Of a stretch of 64,000 bases of DNA, positions 49,981 through 64,000 are shown in pieces. This DNA is from an uncultured SAR86 cluster bacterium. Lineage in GTDB: Bacteria > Pseudomonadota > Gammaproteobacteria > Magnimaribacterales > AG-339-G14. The translations under genes and the position numbers were made by a program. Position 1 is the stretch's first letter, and each line of letters starts with the position of its first letter. The notes beneath the pieces were generated by a model, which saw only the letters and a list, made by a program, of their open reading frames with translations, did not search any database and was not told the origin of the DNA. The stretch is from NCBI GenBank assembly GCA_902553315.1, contig CACDKN010000001.1, positions 19,641-83,640 of the forward strand. The letters are read 5' to 3'.

Positions 49981-50457
49981 TTAAAGGTTATTTAATAAAT
50001 TTTCTGCTGTACTTACTTCAAGGGCAGTTCCCGTTTCTACGAAAACTGATTCCAAAACATTATCGTTAGCAACGGCAGCATATCTTGCTGAAATCTCTCC
50101 AAAACCGATCATTGAAGCATCTGCCAAAAGGCCCATGGCCTTGGAGAAGTCCCCATTTCCATCAGAAAGAAAAGTTACTTTATCAGCAGCTTCCAAGTGC
50201 TTTTCCCACGCTTTCATTACAAAAGCATTGTTTACTGCTAAACAAACAATTTCATCAATACCCTTGGAAAGAATTTCATCAGATTTTTCGATGTATCCTG
50301 GAAGTTGAATTGAACAAGTTGACGAAAATGCACTCGGCACTGAAACTATAGCAACTTTTTTGTCAGCCAAATATTCGGTACTTTCAATGGTATCTACTCC
50401 TTTTTCCCCCAGTTTAAAAAGCTTAGCTGAAGGTAATTGCTCTCCCACTTTAATCAT
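49981..50457 (-). CDS. Prx5-type peroxiredoxin
   Basis: 158 aa. The peroxidatic Cys lies in VPSAFSSTCS (the PGAFTPTCS type). Confidence 0.85.
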   Translation of the reverse strand: MIKVGEQLPSAKLFKLGEKGVDTIESTEYLADKKVAIVSVPSAFSSTCSIQLPGYIEKSDEILSKGIDEIVCLAVNNAFVMKAWEKHLEAADKVTFLSDGNGDFSKAMGLLADASMIGFGEISARYAAVANDNVLESVFVETGTALEVSTAENLLNNL

Positions 50458-50465
50458 TTTTTCTC

Positions 50466-52241
<1,776 letters not shown>

Positions 52242-52359
52242 TTAAAACTATTTAGCCATTAACAAAATTGTTTTATTAAAAAAAATTTTTTTTCTTATAT
52301 GAAAATAATCAATTTTATAATGTTTACAGTGTCAACTTTAATTGAGTTATAATTTTGAA

Positions 52360-53703
52360 ATGCACAAAAGAGCTGTAATTTCGTTTTTTTTAATCTTTTT
52401 TTCATTGTTTGTTAAAGCTGAATCTCTAAACCTAGCTGAAGTTTATGAAATAGCGTTGAAAAAGGATCCAGAGCTTAAGATAGCCGAAGCTACCTTTAAA
52501 GCTGAAAAAGAAGCTAAAGCTAAAGGAATTGCAGGTCTATTGCCAAGCATCACTACTAGAGGAATTACAAGTTGGAATGAGTCTGAAGTGCTACGTGGTC
52601 CGCAATCTACGTTTTTTGATGGCACTGGAAATAATACCTATGGTTATTCTGCTGATTTAATTCAGCCAATTTTTCGTGTAGATAGATGGTTTCAATTTAG
52701 TCAGGGCAAAGCAATGAGTGAAGTTGCAAAAGCAAAATTCGCTTTTGCTCAGCAAGAAACTATTACAAGGGTGGCTCAAGCCTACTTCAACTTGTTAAAA
52801 GCAAATAAGAATCTTGAAGTAGCAGTGGCCGAAGAGAATGCAATCAAGCGTCAAAGAGACATTTCAAAAAGATTATTTGAAGAAGGCGTTTCGTCTGTTA
52901 CTGACTTTCAAGAAGCGCAAGCTTTTTATGATTTATCTAAAGTTTCTAGAATAGCCAGTGAAGGTCAATTGGAATTCGCGAAAGAAGCGTTGGTAGCAAT
53001 AATTGGAGAGGCTCCTAATTTAACTGATCTAAATTCGGATTTTCCAATCAGTTCTCCAAATCCAAAATCACAAGAAGAATGGGTTGGTATAGGATTAACG
53101 AATAATTTCTCTCTTAAGGCAGCAAAACTTGCAACTAGAGCTTCTAAACGAAATGCTCAAAGTAAACTTTCGGATCATTTTCCTGATGTAGACCTTGTTG
53201 CTAACATTACTAGAAATAATAGTAGACAACCATCTTTCGAAGGTGGAAATTTTAGTTTTGAAAAAAATTATATTGAGGACAGAAAATTTAGCCTTCAGTT
53301 TTCATGGCCTTTGATGGCGGGAGGCTTGATAAGCTCTGAAAGGAGGGAGGCTTACGCATATTTTGAAAAAGCTGAGCAGGAAGAAATTTTGATGGAGAGA
53401 AAAACTAAGCAACAAATAAAATCTATGTACTCCTCGGTTTTAACAAATTTGGCAAACGTGAAGGCTAGAGAACAAGCACTAAAATCTTCCGAATTAGCAC
53501 TCAAAGCTACTAGGTTTGGGTATGAATCTGATACGAGAAATATTGTTGATCTTTTAAATGCCGAAAGAAATTTTTTCTCTGCGCAAAGAGACTTCAATTC
53601 TTCAAAATATGATTTTATTATCGCTGAATTAGGTCTTAAATTATCTGCAGGTGCTTTAACGCCAATGGATATTTACGACATAAGTAATTTTATGACTAAA
53701 TAA
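52360..53703 (+). CDS. tolC: TolC-family outer-membrane channel
   Basis: I use the ATG at 52360, which gives a signal peptide (MHKRAVISFFLIFFSLFVKA). LNLAEVYEIALKKDPELK is followed by a two-repeat coiled-coil/barrel layout, about 447 aa. Confidence 0.85.
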   Translation: MHKRAVISFFLIFFSLFVKAESLNLAEVYEIALKKDPELKIAEATFKAEKEAKAKGIAGLLPSITTRGITSWNESEVLRGPQSTFFDGTGNNTYGYSADLIQPIFRVDRWFQFSQGKAMSEVAKAKFAFAQQETITRVAQAYFNLLKANKNLEVAVAEENAIKRQRDISKRLFEEGVSSVTDFQEAQAFYDLSKVSRIASEGQLEFAKEALVAIIGEAPNLTDLNSDFPISSPNPKSQEEWVGIGLTNNFSLKAAKLATRASKRNAQSKLSDHFPDVDLVANITRNNSRQPSFEGGNFSFEKNYIEDRKFSLQFSWPLMAGGLISSERREAYAYFEKAEQEEILMERKTKQQIKSMYSSVLTNLANVKAREQALKSSELALKATRFGYESDTRNIVDLLNAERNFFSAQRDFNSSKYDFIIAELGLKLSAGALTPMDIYDISNFMTK

Positions 53704-53704
53704 A

Positions 53705-54520
53705 ATGCCCGAGCTTCCTGAAGTTGAAACTACTCTGCGCGGCATTTCAAAAAGAATAATAAATAAAAAGATTGAATCTTTTAAATCAAGAACACATAAA
53801 CTTAGATGGCCTATAGATAGGGATCTTAGTCGCTACTTAAAAAACAAAATCATTATCTCTGCTTGGCGAAGAGGAAAGTATATTATTTTCAATCTTTCAG
53901 AAGGTCATCTTCTAATTCATCTTGGGATGTCTGGAAAATTAAGAGTTTTTGATGGTCAGGTAACGCCAAAAAAACATGAGCATTGGGACTTATCTTTCAC
54001 TGATGGCTGGACACTTAGATATACAGATATAAGAAAATTTGGGGCTCTTGTAAAAATAAAAGAAAAACCTGAAGAACATAACTTGCTTAAAAACCTAGGT
54101 CCTGAACCCCTTGGTAATGAATTCAATAGTGAGTATCTATTTCAGTGCACTAGAAAGAGGACGCGTCCGATCAAAAACCTAATTATGGACGCAAACGTAG
54201 TCACTGGAGTTGGAAATATTTATGCCAATGAAGCTTTATTTCTTGCCGGCATAAGGCCAAGAAAACAATCTAGAAGACTAACCAAATTAAATTGCGAGGA
54301 TTTGGTTTCAGCAATTCGCCAAACTCTTCAAGAAGCAATAGAAGCTGGAGGGACTACTCTAAAAGATTATACGAATGCCGACGAAGCTCCTGGTTACTTT
54401 AAAAAGAAATTAAGAGTTTACGATCGGGGCAACAAACCATGCCTAACCTGTGGAACTCAATTAAAAATTATAAGACAAACAAATAGACAAACTGTTTATT
54501 GTCCAAGTTGTCAAAAATGA
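53705..54520 (+). CDS. mutM: formamidopyrimidine-DNA glycosylase
   Basis: 271 aa. The N-terminus is MPELPEVET and the C-terminal zinc finger is CLTCGTQL...CPSCQ. Confidence 0.95.
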   Translation: MPELPEVETTLRGISKRIINKKIESFKSRTHKLRWPIDRDLSRYLKNKIIISAWRRGKYIIFNLSEGHLLIHLGMSGKLRVFDGQVTPKKHEHWDLSFTDGWTLRYTDIRKFGALVKIKEKPEEHNLLKNLGPEPLGNEFNSEYLFQCTRKRTRPIKNLIMDANVVTGVGNIYANEALFLAGIRPRKQSRRLTKLNCEDLVSAIRQTLQEAIEAGGTTLKDYTNADEAPGYFKKKLRVYDRGNKPCLTCGTQLKIIRQTNRQTVYCPSCQK

Positions 54521-54523
54521 TTT

Positions 54524-55003
54524 TTAAGAATATTTAGACTTAAGGGCTTCAAGTGATACTGGATGAACAAATTCGGAAACATCGCCACCCATTTTGCAAA
54601 TCTCTTTAACTAAGGTTGAAGAGATATAAGAATACTTTTCTTTTGGAGTTAAAAATACGCTTTCTAATTCAGGCATCATTGCACGATTCATATTAGCCAA
54701 TTGAAATTCATACTCAAAATCAGCAACCACTCTCAATCCACGAATCAATATTTTAGCGTTATTGTCTTTTGCGAGATCAACCAAAAGACCGGAAAAGCCA
54801 ATAACTGTAACTTTAGGGTTATCTGAGAAAATCTTATTGGCTATTTCTTTTCTTTCATCCAGAGAAAATAATGGACTTTTAGCTTCACTAGCAGCAATAG
54901 CTATGACGACTGAATCAAAAAGTTCACAAGCGCGCTCGATTAAATCGACATGTCCTTTCGTGATAGGATCAAAAGTTCCAGGATAAATAGCTTTTTGACT
55001 CAC
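54524..55003 (-). CDS. coaD: phosphopantetheine adenylyltransferase
   Basis: 159 aa. Motifs [18 protein letters not shown] and ISSTLVKE. Confidence 0.95.
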   Translation of the reverse strand: MSQKAIYPGTFDPITKGHVDLIERACELFDSVVIAIAASEAKSPLFSLDERKEIANKIFSDNPKVTVIGFSGLLVDLAKDNNAKILIRGLRVVADFEYEFQLANMNRAMMPELESVFLTPKEKYSYISSTLVKEICKMGGDVSEFVHPVSLEALKSKYS

Positions 55004-55013
55004 AAGGGTATTA

Positions 55014-55042
55014 TATTCTATTTACTTAAGTAATTTAGAATA
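55014..55042 (-). repeat. inverted repeat between the katG stop and the coaD start (possible katG terminator or processing hairpin)
   Basis: tattcta (55014-55020) pairs with tagaata (55036-55042). The 15-nt interior contains the palindrome tacttaagta. No T-run follows on the minus strand. Confidence 0.25.
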
Positions 55043-55068
55043 AATACCCCAGAGTAGTTATGAGAGAG

Positions 55069-57216
<2,148 letters not shown>

Positions 57217-57291
57217 TTATTTATAAAAAAAACTTATATTAATGTACTATTAAAAATTGTATTGATAAATATATATTTTTCCAATAAATAA

Positions 57292-57306
57292 TTCGATAAA
57301 ATCGAA
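57292..57306. promoter_or_regulatory. LysR-type T-N11-A palindrome immediately upstream of oxyR
   Basis: TTCGATaaaATCGAA has perfect 6-bp arms and contains T-N11-A (57293-57305). It lies 7 nt before the oxyR ATG, in the 105-nt katG/oxyR divergent spacer. Confidence 0.4.
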
Positions 57307-57312
57307 CATAAA

Positions 57313-58224
57313 ATGATCACCATTAAACAAATAAACTATGCTCTTGCTGTTGCAGAAACACTGCACTTCAAAAAAGCCGCTGAGAAATGCTTTGTTTCAC
57401 CATCTACCCTAAGCAATGCTATTACTGAAATGGAGGCACAGCTTGGAATTCAGATATTTGAAAGAAATAACAAGAACGTAATAATTACAAAATTAGGATC
57501 TTTGGTAATTGAAAAAGCTCAAGGAATTAAGACTGATATCGACGACATCAATAAAATTTGTGAATTAAATTCAGAGCCCCTTTCAAGTAAAATTTCACTT
57601 GGAATAATTCCAACCATTGGCCCTTTTTTATTGCCCGTTCTTCTGCCGAAAATTAAAGAAGATTTTCCTAACTTAACTTTAAATATCGTAGAGGCCCAAA
57701 CAGATGTCCTGCTGAGAAAAATTTCTTCTGGTGAAATCGAATTAGCTATTTTAGCTCTGCCTTTTGAAACTTCAGGATTTAATGTACATAAATTTTGGAT
57801 TGAAAATTTTTTTTGGATTAGCAAGAAAGAAGATCCAAGATCTAAAAAAAAATCTATCAAAGCTAAAGAGCTTGATCTAGGCGAACTTATTATGCTTGAA
57901 GAAGGAAATTGTCTAAAAGATCATATCTTAAACGCTTGCAAAATAAAGAATACCTCAAAAATTACTTTCAATGCTTCTACTCTTAGTACTTCGATAGAGC
58001 TTGTGAAAGGAGGCATAGGAACAACTCTTGTTCCAGAGATGGCAGTAAATAAATTACTTTCTGCTAATCCAGAATTGGCAAAAACGGAATTAGACGAAAA
58101 AGGACCTCACAGAGAAATTGCCCTTGTTTCGAGAATGAATTATTCAGGAAAAAGAGACATAGACAAATTAATCCACTTATTCACCAAGGAGCTAAAGGAT
58201 CATAAAAATATCAAAGTAAGTTAA
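57313..58224 (+). CDS. oxyR: LysR-family hydrogen-peroxide sensor OxyR
   Basis: 303 aa. The HTH region resembles E. coli OxyR. The redox Cys pair is conserved with the same spacing ([15 protein letters not shown] vs LEDGHCLRDQAMGFC). It is divergent from katG. Confidence 0.85.
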   Translation: MITIKQINYALAVAETLHFKKAAEKCFVSPSTLSNAITEMEAQLGIQIFERNNKNVIITKLGSLVIEKAQGIKTDIDDINKICELNSEPLSSKISLGIIPTIGPFLLPVLLPKIKEDFPNLTLNIVEAQTDVLLRKISSGEIELAILALPFETSGFNVHKFWIENFFWISKKEDPRSKKKSIKAKELDLGELIMLEEGNCLKDHILNACKIKNTSKITFNASTLSTSIELVKGGIGTTLVPEMAVNKLLSANPELAKTELDEKGPHREIALVSRMNYSGKRDIDKLIHLFTKELKDHKNIKVS

Positions 58225-59108
58225 TCTTGAATTTCGACTTTAATCTTTTTAATTTGTCTTTTATTTGATGACAATATAGAAAATTTTAAATTTTCTAACT
58301 TTATCGATTCGCCTGTTTTAGGAAATCTACCAAATTTATTCGTAACAAACCCACCAATCGTGTCGAAATCCTCATCGGAGAAATCCGTATTAAATTTTGA
58401 GTTGAATTGCTCAATTTCAGTAATTGCTTGAACATTAAATTCTTTATTGGATTTTTGAATAATTCTTGTCTCTTCATCGATATCTGTTTCATCTTCTATC
58501 TCGCCAACTATTTCCTCTAGAACATCTTCAATGGTTACCAATCCACTGACTTCCCCGAATTCGTCTACAACCAGAGCCATATGACTTCTATTGGATTTAA
58601 ATTCATCCAAGAGAACATTTATCTTCTTACTTTCTGGAATATGATTTACAGGTCTTACTATTTCTTGGAAGTCAAAACTATTTATGTCTAGCCTTTCCTC
58701 TATTAATCCTGGTGCAAATTTTAAAAGGTCCTTGGCCAATAAAATTCCGATTATTTTAGATTCATCTTCATTAAAAACGGGGAACCTGGAATGCGAAGAT
58801 TGCACAACTTTCTTAATAAGTTGATCAATGTTGTCTTGTTCATTTATTGAAATCATTTGCGATCTTGGAACCATTACGTCTCTTACGGGAATAGAGGCAA
58901 ATTCAATGGTTTCTTCCATCATTTCCAAGACGTCTTTATCAATGATGTTATTTTCTTCAGCTTCCTTTAAAACCGAAGCCAATTCGTTTTGATTCACGGG
59001 CTTGAATGAGAGTTTTCTATAAATCTCTCTAAAGTAATTTCTTGTTCTTTTGAATAAGCCCAGATTGGTTTTCAACTGAGCCTCAGTACTTGGAGGTTCT
59101 TCTTTCAT
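58221..59108 (-). CDS. corC: CorC/HlyC-family Mg/Co efflux-associated protein (CBS pair plus CorC_HlyC domain)
   Basis: 295 aa. It occupies the last position in the conserved miaB-ybeZ-ybeY-corC array. It has tandem CBS domains, [29 protein letters not shown], and a C-terminal transporter-associated domain. Confidence 0.88.
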   Translation of the reverse strand: MKEEPPSTEAQLKTNLGLFKRTRNYFREIYRKLSFKPVNQNELASVLKEAEENNIIDKDVLEMMEETIEFASIPVRDVMVPRSQMISINEQDNIDQLIKKVVQSSHSRFPVFNEDESKIIGILLAKDLLKFAPGLIEERLDINSFDFQEIVRPVNHIPESKKINVLLDEFKSNRSHMALVVDEFGEVSGLVTIEDVLEEIVGEIEDETDIDEETRIIQKSNKEFNVQAITEIEQFNSKFNTDFSDEDFDTIGGFVTNKFGRFPKTGESIKLENLKFSILSSNKRQIKKIKVEIQD

Positions 59109-59109
59109 C

Positions 59110-59571
59110 CTAATAAGGATCTCCTGCAGATATATTTTTCATTATTTTCTTTTCAATCTTCTCCATTTCATTTTGATCTAATTTTTTCATGTGATCAAAC
59201 CCTAACAGATGAAGAAGGCCGTGGATTATCATATGTTTTAATCTATTTTCAAAGATTTTTTTATATTTTTTTGCCTCTTGTTCAATTATTTCTTCGCAAA
59301 GAGCTATTTCTCCTATTAAAGTCTTTTTATCGCCAGTTGGAAAATTTTTTGGTAATTCGAAAGACAAAACATTAGTTGATTTGTCTTGATTACGATATGT
59401 CTTATTTAGAACTTTCATTTCTTCTTGACTGACAAAATTTAAATTTAATTGGTGCTGGTCAGTGAATTGATACCCGACCGTGTTGAAAACTTCAAGAACG
59501 ATTTCTAAAATTTCTGATTTTGATAATTTGGTGAATTTTGTTGATTTTAAATTATTTAAAGTTAAATCCAT
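59110..59571 (-). CDS. ybeY: rRNA maturation endoribonuclease YbeY
   Basis: 153 aa with the zinc motif [11 protein letters not shown]. Confidence 0.93.
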   Translation of the reverse strand: MDLTLNNLKSTKFTKLSKSEILEIVLEVFNTVGYQFTDQHQLNLNFVSQEEMKVLNKTYRNQDKSTNVLSFELPKNFPTGDKKTLIGEIALCEEIIEQEAKKYKKIFENRLKHMIIHGLLHLLGFDHMKKLDQNEMEKIEKKIMKNISAGDPY

Positions 59572-60542
59572 TAATTATTCTTACGTTCATAAGCTTCAAT
59601 AATTTTTTGCACTAAATTGTGTCTCACAACATCATCGGGATGAAAGTAATGAAAAGCTATATCCTTTTGAGAGTCTAATATTTTAATTGCATCGGCAAGT
59701 CCTGAAGGAGTTCCTTTAGGCAAATCTGTCTGGGTAATATCTCCTGTAACAACCGCGGTTGAGCCAAAACCAATTCTCGTTAAAAACATTTTCATTTGAG
59801 CAGGAGTACAATTTTGCGCTTCATCCAAAATTAAAAATGAATCGTTTAAAGTCCTGCCTCGCATGTATGCCAAGGGCGCAACTTCAATTTTTCCATTTTC
59901 AATAAGTCTGCCAACTTTTTCTGGGCCCATCATATCGAATAAAGCGTCATAAAGAGGTCTTAGATATGGATCTACTTTTTGTGAAAGATCGCCTGGCAAA
60001 AATCCAAGATGCTCGCCAGCTTCAACGGCTGGTCTAGTAAGAATAATTTTATTAACTTTTTCTTCAACAAACATGTTGACCGCAGCGGCAACAGCAATAT
60101 AAGTTTTACCTGTTCCAGCTGGCCCCACTCCAAATGCTATGTCGTGATCTAAAATTGACTGGACAAATTTTTCTTGAGCTTTATTTCTTGGAGTTACGTA
60201 AAGTTTTGGCGTTTGAATAGTGAAATCTTGTTCAGTCTCTAACTCAAAAATCGTCCCGTTCGAATCTGAAGCTGTACCATTTAACGCTCTACAAATTGAA
60301 AAGTGAACCTCATCGGGAGAAACAGAATCACTTGTCTCTGCGAGAGAGGCTAAATCTTCAAGAATCATCCTTGCTTTAACCACGTTATTTTTTTCACCAG
60401 AAATAGAAAAACTATTTCCTCTACTCTTAATCTTTATCGCAAGAGAATTTTCAATTTGTTCTATGTTTGAATTTACAGGCCCGCAAATAAGAGAGAGATT
60501 CTGTGTCTCTATTTCGGGAAGTTTAAATTTTAATTTCGGCAT
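59571..60542 (-). CDS. ybeZ: PhoH-family ATPase
   Basis: 323 aa. P-loop GPAGTGKTY and Walker B ILDEAQN. Confidence 0.92.
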   Translation of the reverse strand: MPKLKFKLPEIETQNLSLICGPVNSNIEQIENSLAIKIKSRGNSFSISGEKNNVVKARMILEDLASLAETSDSVSPDEVHFSICRALNGTASDSNGTIFELETEQDFTIQTPKLYVTPRNKAQEKFVQSILDHDIAFGVGPAGTGKTYIAVAAAVNMFVEEKVNKIILTRPAVEAGEHLGFLPGDLSQKVDPYLRPLYDALFDMMGPEKVGRLIENGKIEVAPLAYMRGRTLNDSFLILDEAQNCTPAQMKMFLTRIGFGSTAVVTGDITQTDLPKGTPSGLADAIKILDSQKDIAFHYFHPDDVVRHNLVQKIIEAYERKNN

Positions 60543-60545
60543 AGA

Positions 60546-61868
60546 TTAGAATCTTTCTAATTTACCTCTTAGTGAGTTTGTCAATTGATCTACTATTTTT
60601 AGGTTGACGAATTTTCCGACAACATTTGCATCAGTTGCAAAATTTACAACTCTGTTATTTTCAGTTCTAGCTTGCAGTTCTCCAGGATTCTTTTTTGAGA
60701 CCCCTAAGACTAAACATCTTTCTAAGCTACCGACCATCTTTCTGGATATTTTAGACGAAAGTTCATTAAGTTTGTGTTGCAGTATTATTAATCTTTCTTT
60801 CTTTATATCCTTAGAAACATTATCTTCCATTCCCGCAGCAGGTGTATTTGGTCTTGGGCTATAAATAAAACTAAAAGATTCATCAAATCCTACTTTTTCT
60901 ACAATATCTAAAGTATCTTGAAAATCTTTATCAGTCTCTCCGGGAAAGCCAACTATAAAATCTGAAGAAAAACTTATTCCTGGTCTATTTTCTCTTATTC
61001 GAGAAATTAGCTCTAAGTAACTAGCAGCTGAATATCTCCTTCGCATTAACTTAAGAATTCTATCCGATCCGCTTTGCACTGGAAGATGCACATGACTTAC
61101 AAGCTCTGGAGTGTCTTTATATAAATCGACTAAGTCATCTTTAAATTCGAAAGGATGACTGGTGGTATAGCGAATCCTATCAATTCCGTTTACCTTAGAA
61201 ACTTTTTCGATAAGAAATGCAAGAGATTTTTTTTCTCCCTCAAATGATCCCTTGAAATTATTTACGTTTTGCCCAAGAAGATTTACTTCTCTTACGCCCC
61301 TAGAAGCTAACCCTTCTATTTCGACTAAAATATCTTCTACTGGCCTACTTACCTCGTGCCCGCGCGTATGTGGAACAACGCAAAAAGAACAATACTTGTT
61401 ACAGCCTTCTGCGATTGATACAAATGCTGTGACCGAATCAGATGATGATTGTGGCAAGTAATCAAACTTTTCAATTTTTGGAAAACTTATATCTAGTTGT
61501 TTTTTTTCAGTATCTGACGCCTCTTTATATAAGTTGGGAAGTCTATGCAAAGTTTGCGGTCCGAAAATAATATCAACCGCGGGTGCTCGTTGTGATAATT
61601 TTTTTCCTTCTTGGCTAGCGACACATCCGCCAATTGCGATTTTGAGGTTTGGATTCTTGTCTTTTAATTTTTTCCACCTTCCAATTTGGTGAAAAACTCT
61701 CTCTTGAGCTTTCTCTCTAATGGAGCAAGTGTTTAGGACGAGCAGATCGGCATCTTCGGGAGTATCGGTTGCTGTGAACTCCTCTTTTTCCGATAGAAGA
61801 TCAAGCATTTTTGCCGAATCGTATTCATTCATTTGGCAACCATGAGTTTTAATAAAAACCTTTTTCAT
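60546..61868 (-). CDS. miaB: tRNA-2-methylthio-N6-dimethylallyladenosine synthase
   Basis: 440 aa. The N-terminus is [14 protein letters not shown], the radical-SAM motif is [12 protein letters not shown], and a C-terminal TRAM domain is present. Confidence 0.95.
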   Translation of the reverse strand: MKKVFIKTHGCQMNEYDSAKMLDLLSEKEEFTATDTPEDADLLVLNTCSIREKAQERVFHQIGRWKKLKDKNPNLKIAIGGCVASQEGKKLSQRAPAVDIIFGPQTLHRLPNLYKEASDTEKKQLDISFPKIEKFDYLPQSSSDSVTAFVSIAEGCNKYCSFCVVPHTRGHEVSRPVEDILVEIEGLASRGVREVNLLGQNVNNFKGSFEGEKKSLAFLIEKVSKVNGIDRIRYTTSHPFEFKDDLVDLYKDTPELVSHVHLPVQSGSDRILKLMRRRYSAASYLELISRIRENRPGISFSSDFIVGFPGETDKDFQDTLDIVEKVGFDESFSFIYSPRPNTPAAGMEDNVSKDIKKERLIILQHKLNELSSKISRKMVGSLERCLVLGVSKKNPGELQARTENNRVVNFATDANVVGKFVNLKIVDQLTNSLRGKLERF

Positions 61869-61874
61869 GACAAG

Positions 61875-62420
61875 TTAATTAGATTTGGCAAAAATTGTAT
61901 CCCGATAAAATCTCAATTCATTGATCGATTCGTAAACGTCTGCTTGGGCTCGATGCGCAGCTTTTTTTGTGGAATGTTGCATTGAAATTTCTGGCCTCCA
62001 ACGCTTAGTTAGCTCTTTAACAGAACTGACATCAATACAGCGATAGTGAAAATGATCTTCTAGTTCTGGCATGTATAAACTTAAAAATTTTCGGTCATGC
62101 CAAACTGTATTTCCGCATAAAGGAGAGGCATTTTTTTCCACATGCTCTCTCAGAAACCTTAAAGTCTCCTGCTCTGCCTCTTCTTGATTGATCTTGCTAT
62201 TGAGAACATCCTCAATTAATCCAGACTCACCGTGATGACTTTGATTCCAATCATCCATTGCGTCTATATATTCTTTAGGTTGCGAGACAACTATATTTGG
62301 ACCATCAATTATTTCAGTAAGATCTTCATTAGTTACTGCAGAAAAAATTTCAATAATTCTCTCAGCATTTGGGTCTAGCCCCGTCATCTCTAAATCTAAC
62401 CAGATTAATTTTTTTTCCAT
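61875..62420 (-). CDS. orn: oligoribonuclease
   Basis: 181 aa. DEDDh motifs [13 protein letters not shown] and HRAQADV. Confidence 0.93.
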   Translation of the reverse strand: MEKKLIWLDLEMTGLDPNAERIIEIFSAVTNEDLTEIIDGPNIVVSQPKEYIDAMDDWNQSHHGESGLIEDVLNSKINQEEAEQETLRFLREHVEKNASPLCGNTVWHDRKFLSLYMPELEDHFHYRCIDVSSVKELTKRWRPEISMQHSTKKAAHRAQADVYESINELRFYRDTIFAKSN

Positions 62421-62457
62421 ACGATTACTCTACAATAGTAACAAAATAAGTGAATTC

Positions 62458-63210
62458 ATGACCGACGAAAAGAACAACAAAACTCATTTTGGTTACAAAA
62501 ACGTTAACTCTAAAGAAAAACCTGATTTGGTTAAAGAAGTTTTTGATTCTGTATCAAATAAATACGACCTAATGAATGACTTAATGTCATTGGGTATTCA
62601 TAGGTTGTGGAAAAAAGCGACCATCCAAATGAGTAATTTAAAAAAAGGCGATAAGGTTCTAGACGTAGCAGGTGGAACAGGTGATCTAGCCATTTTATTT
62701 TCAGAGTTAGTTGGCGATTCGGGAAAGGTGTATTTATCTGATATCAACGAAAAGATGCTAGAAGTGGGAAGAGACAGGGTAATTGATTCGGGTTGCAACA
62801 ATATTAAAAACCTAGTTGCAGATGCAGAAGATTTACCCTTTCAAGATGAAGAGTTTGATTGTATTTCCATTGCTTTTGGAATCAGAAATGTAACTAATAA
62901 AGAAAAAGCTTTAAAAGAATTTTATAGATGCCTAAAACCAGAAGGTAGATTGTTAGTCTTAGAGTTTTCTAATCCAGAACAAAACTGGCTTTCTGAACTA
63001 TACGATCTTTACTCCTTCAATCTATTACCCAAATTAGGTGAGTGGATTGTTGGCGATAGTAAAAGCTATGAATATTTAGCAGAATCGATAAGAATGCATC
63101 CCAATCAAGAAGTTTTTTTAGAAATGATGAACACTGCAGGATTTGTAAATACAGAATATCAAAACATGACTGGCGGTATAGTCGCACTTCACATTGGTGA
63201 AAAAAAATAA
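62458..63210 (+). CDS. ubiE: demethylmenaquinone / 2-methoxy-6-polyprenyl-1,4-benzoquinol methyltransferase
   Basis: 250 aa. Motifs [25 protein letters not shown] and the SAM motif [10 protein letters not shown]. Confidence 0.95.
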   Translation: MTDEKNNKTHFGYKNVNSKEKPDLVKEVFDSVSNKYDLMNDLMSLGIHRLWKKATIQMSNLKKGDKVLDVAGGTGDLAILFSELVGDSGKVYLSDINEKMLEVGRDRVIDSGCNNIKNLVADAEDLPFQDEEFDCISIAFGIRNVTNKEKALKEFYRCLKPEGRLLVLEFSNPEQNWLSELYDLYSFNLLPKLGEWIVGDSKSYEYLAESIRMHPNQEVFLEMMNTAGFVNTEYQNMTGGIVALHIGEKK

Positions 63211-63212
63211 TC

Positions 63213-64000
63213 ATGGCTTTTGTGCGTTTTTTTTGGATCGTATATCTTTTTTTTAAATATCGTCTAGATGAACTAATTCCGAAGAACTTTATTCCAGCTT
63301 GGTTATTCTTATTCTTCAAACTGAATCCTTTTCGACTAAACAAAAATAGTAAAAATTCAGGAGAGCGACTTTCTGAAGCACTGGAAAAAGCTGGACCAGT
63401 TTTTGTAAAATTTGGTCAAATTCTATCCACTCGTCCTGATCTGATAAATGATGAAATCATTTCAGAGTTAAAAAAATTCCAGAACAATCTCAAGCCCTTC
63501 GACTCTAAGGTAGCTAAACAGATCATAGAGACGGATTTGAACCAATCTATTCCAAAAATGTTTAAAAAATTTAAGGACGAGCCTCTTGCAGCTGCCTCCA
63601 TTGCTCAAGTTCATGAAGCCGAATTAAAAACTGGCGAAAAAGTGGTCGTCAAAGTTGTAAGACCTGGCTTAAAAACTCAAATCAAAAAGGATTTAGCGCT
63701 TTTAAAAGCACTTGGGTTTTTAGCCTCAAAATTTAAAGCAGATGCGCGACGCTTAAAATTGAAAGAAATGATCGATGAATACGACTTCGTCATAAATGCT
63801 GAAGTTGATCTTAAAAAAGAAGCAGGCAACACGATTCAGACCGCTAATTTTTTTAAAGACAACGAACTTCTATACGTTCCAAAAACTTATCCAGAATTTT
63901 CTGGATCGAAGGTGTTAACTTTAGAAAGAGTGGAAGGTATACCCGTAACCGATTTAGACAAATTAAAAAATAAAAAAGTAAATTTAAAAAAATTATCGGA
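63213..64000 (+). CDS. ubiB: ubiquinone biosynthesis protein kinase-like UbiB (3' end cut by window edge)
   Basis: It is absent from the ORF track because it has no stop in the window. The ATG at 63213 opens a frame that runs to nt 64000: MAFVRFFWIVYLFFKYRLDELIPK...GPVFVKFGQILSTRPDL...PLAAASIAQVHEA...VVVKVVRPG. This is colinear with E. coli UbiB. Confidence 0.92.
   Translation, partial: MAFVRFFWIVYLFFKYRLDELIPKNFIPAWLFLFFKLNPFRLNKNSKNSGERLSEALEKAGPVFVKFGQILSTRPDLINDEIISELKKFQNNLKPFDSKVAKQIIETDLNQSIPKMFKKFKDEPLAAASIAQVHEAELKTGEKVVVKVVRPGLKTQIKKDLALLKALGFLASKFKADARRLKLKEMIDEYDFVINAEVDLKKEAGNTIQTANFFKDNELLYVPKTYPEFSGSKVLTLERVEGIPVTDLDKLKNKKVNLKKLS

Noticed and set aside
52342-52359. TTG start at 52342 for tolC, as given in the ORF track
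   Set aside because: The ATG at 52360 yields a canonical signal peptide directly (MHKRAVISFFLIFFSLFVKA). The six extra residues add nothing and shrink an already tiny promoter region.

Overview
This is an AT-rich, very gene-dense chromosomal segment from a gammaproteobacterium. The 16S, 23S and 5S landmarks align with the E. coli sequences as I remember them. The block argC-erpA-anmK-M23 peptidase-tyrS-rrn has the order I recall from Pseudomonas aeruginosa PA0662-PA0668. The many overlapping start and stop codons and the near absence of intergenic DNA suggest a streamlined marine-type lineage; SAR86-like is only a guess. I call 58 protein-coding genes (two cut by the window edges) and one complete rrn operon (16S-23S-5S, minus strand, no spacer tRNA). 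The content is mostly housekeeping: gltBD, cysE, tesB, tyrS, argC/argD, thiC/thiD/thiE, dksA-folK, acs, msrA, typA, mpl, a phosphofructokinase, parE-parC, tolC, mutM, coaD, katG-oxyR, miaB-ybeZ-ybeY-corC, orn, ubiE-ubiB and several acyl-CoA metabolism genes. I saw no CRISPR array, IS element, integrase, tRNA gene or recognisable defence module, so I cannot point to a clear-cut new system. The best candidates for something undescribed are three. (i) A co-oriented cluster at 8758-13546 holds a CobS/CobT-like AAA+/vWA pair, a di-iron (AurF-like) oxygenase and a type II pantothenate-kinase-like gene, with no other cob genes in the window. (ii) An orphan P19/FetP-like periplasmic metal-binding protein sits with a tiny membrane protein and an AhpD-like CxxC protein upstream of a TonB-dependent receptor (2503-6995), with no Ftr1 permease in the window. 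(iii) A two-gene phage-flavoured islet (MazG-like plus a phage-type conserved protein) lies at 35497-36376. Other observations are architectural. They include the tRNA-less rRNA spacer with boxA-like repeats, convergent genes sharing TTAA stop codons with no room for terminators, and thiC with no visible TPP riboswitch. There are also charged low-complexity tails on DksA and on ribosomal protein L31 type B, and ubiE abuts ubiB with no ubiJ between them. All family assignments come from reading motifs by eye. No database search was run.
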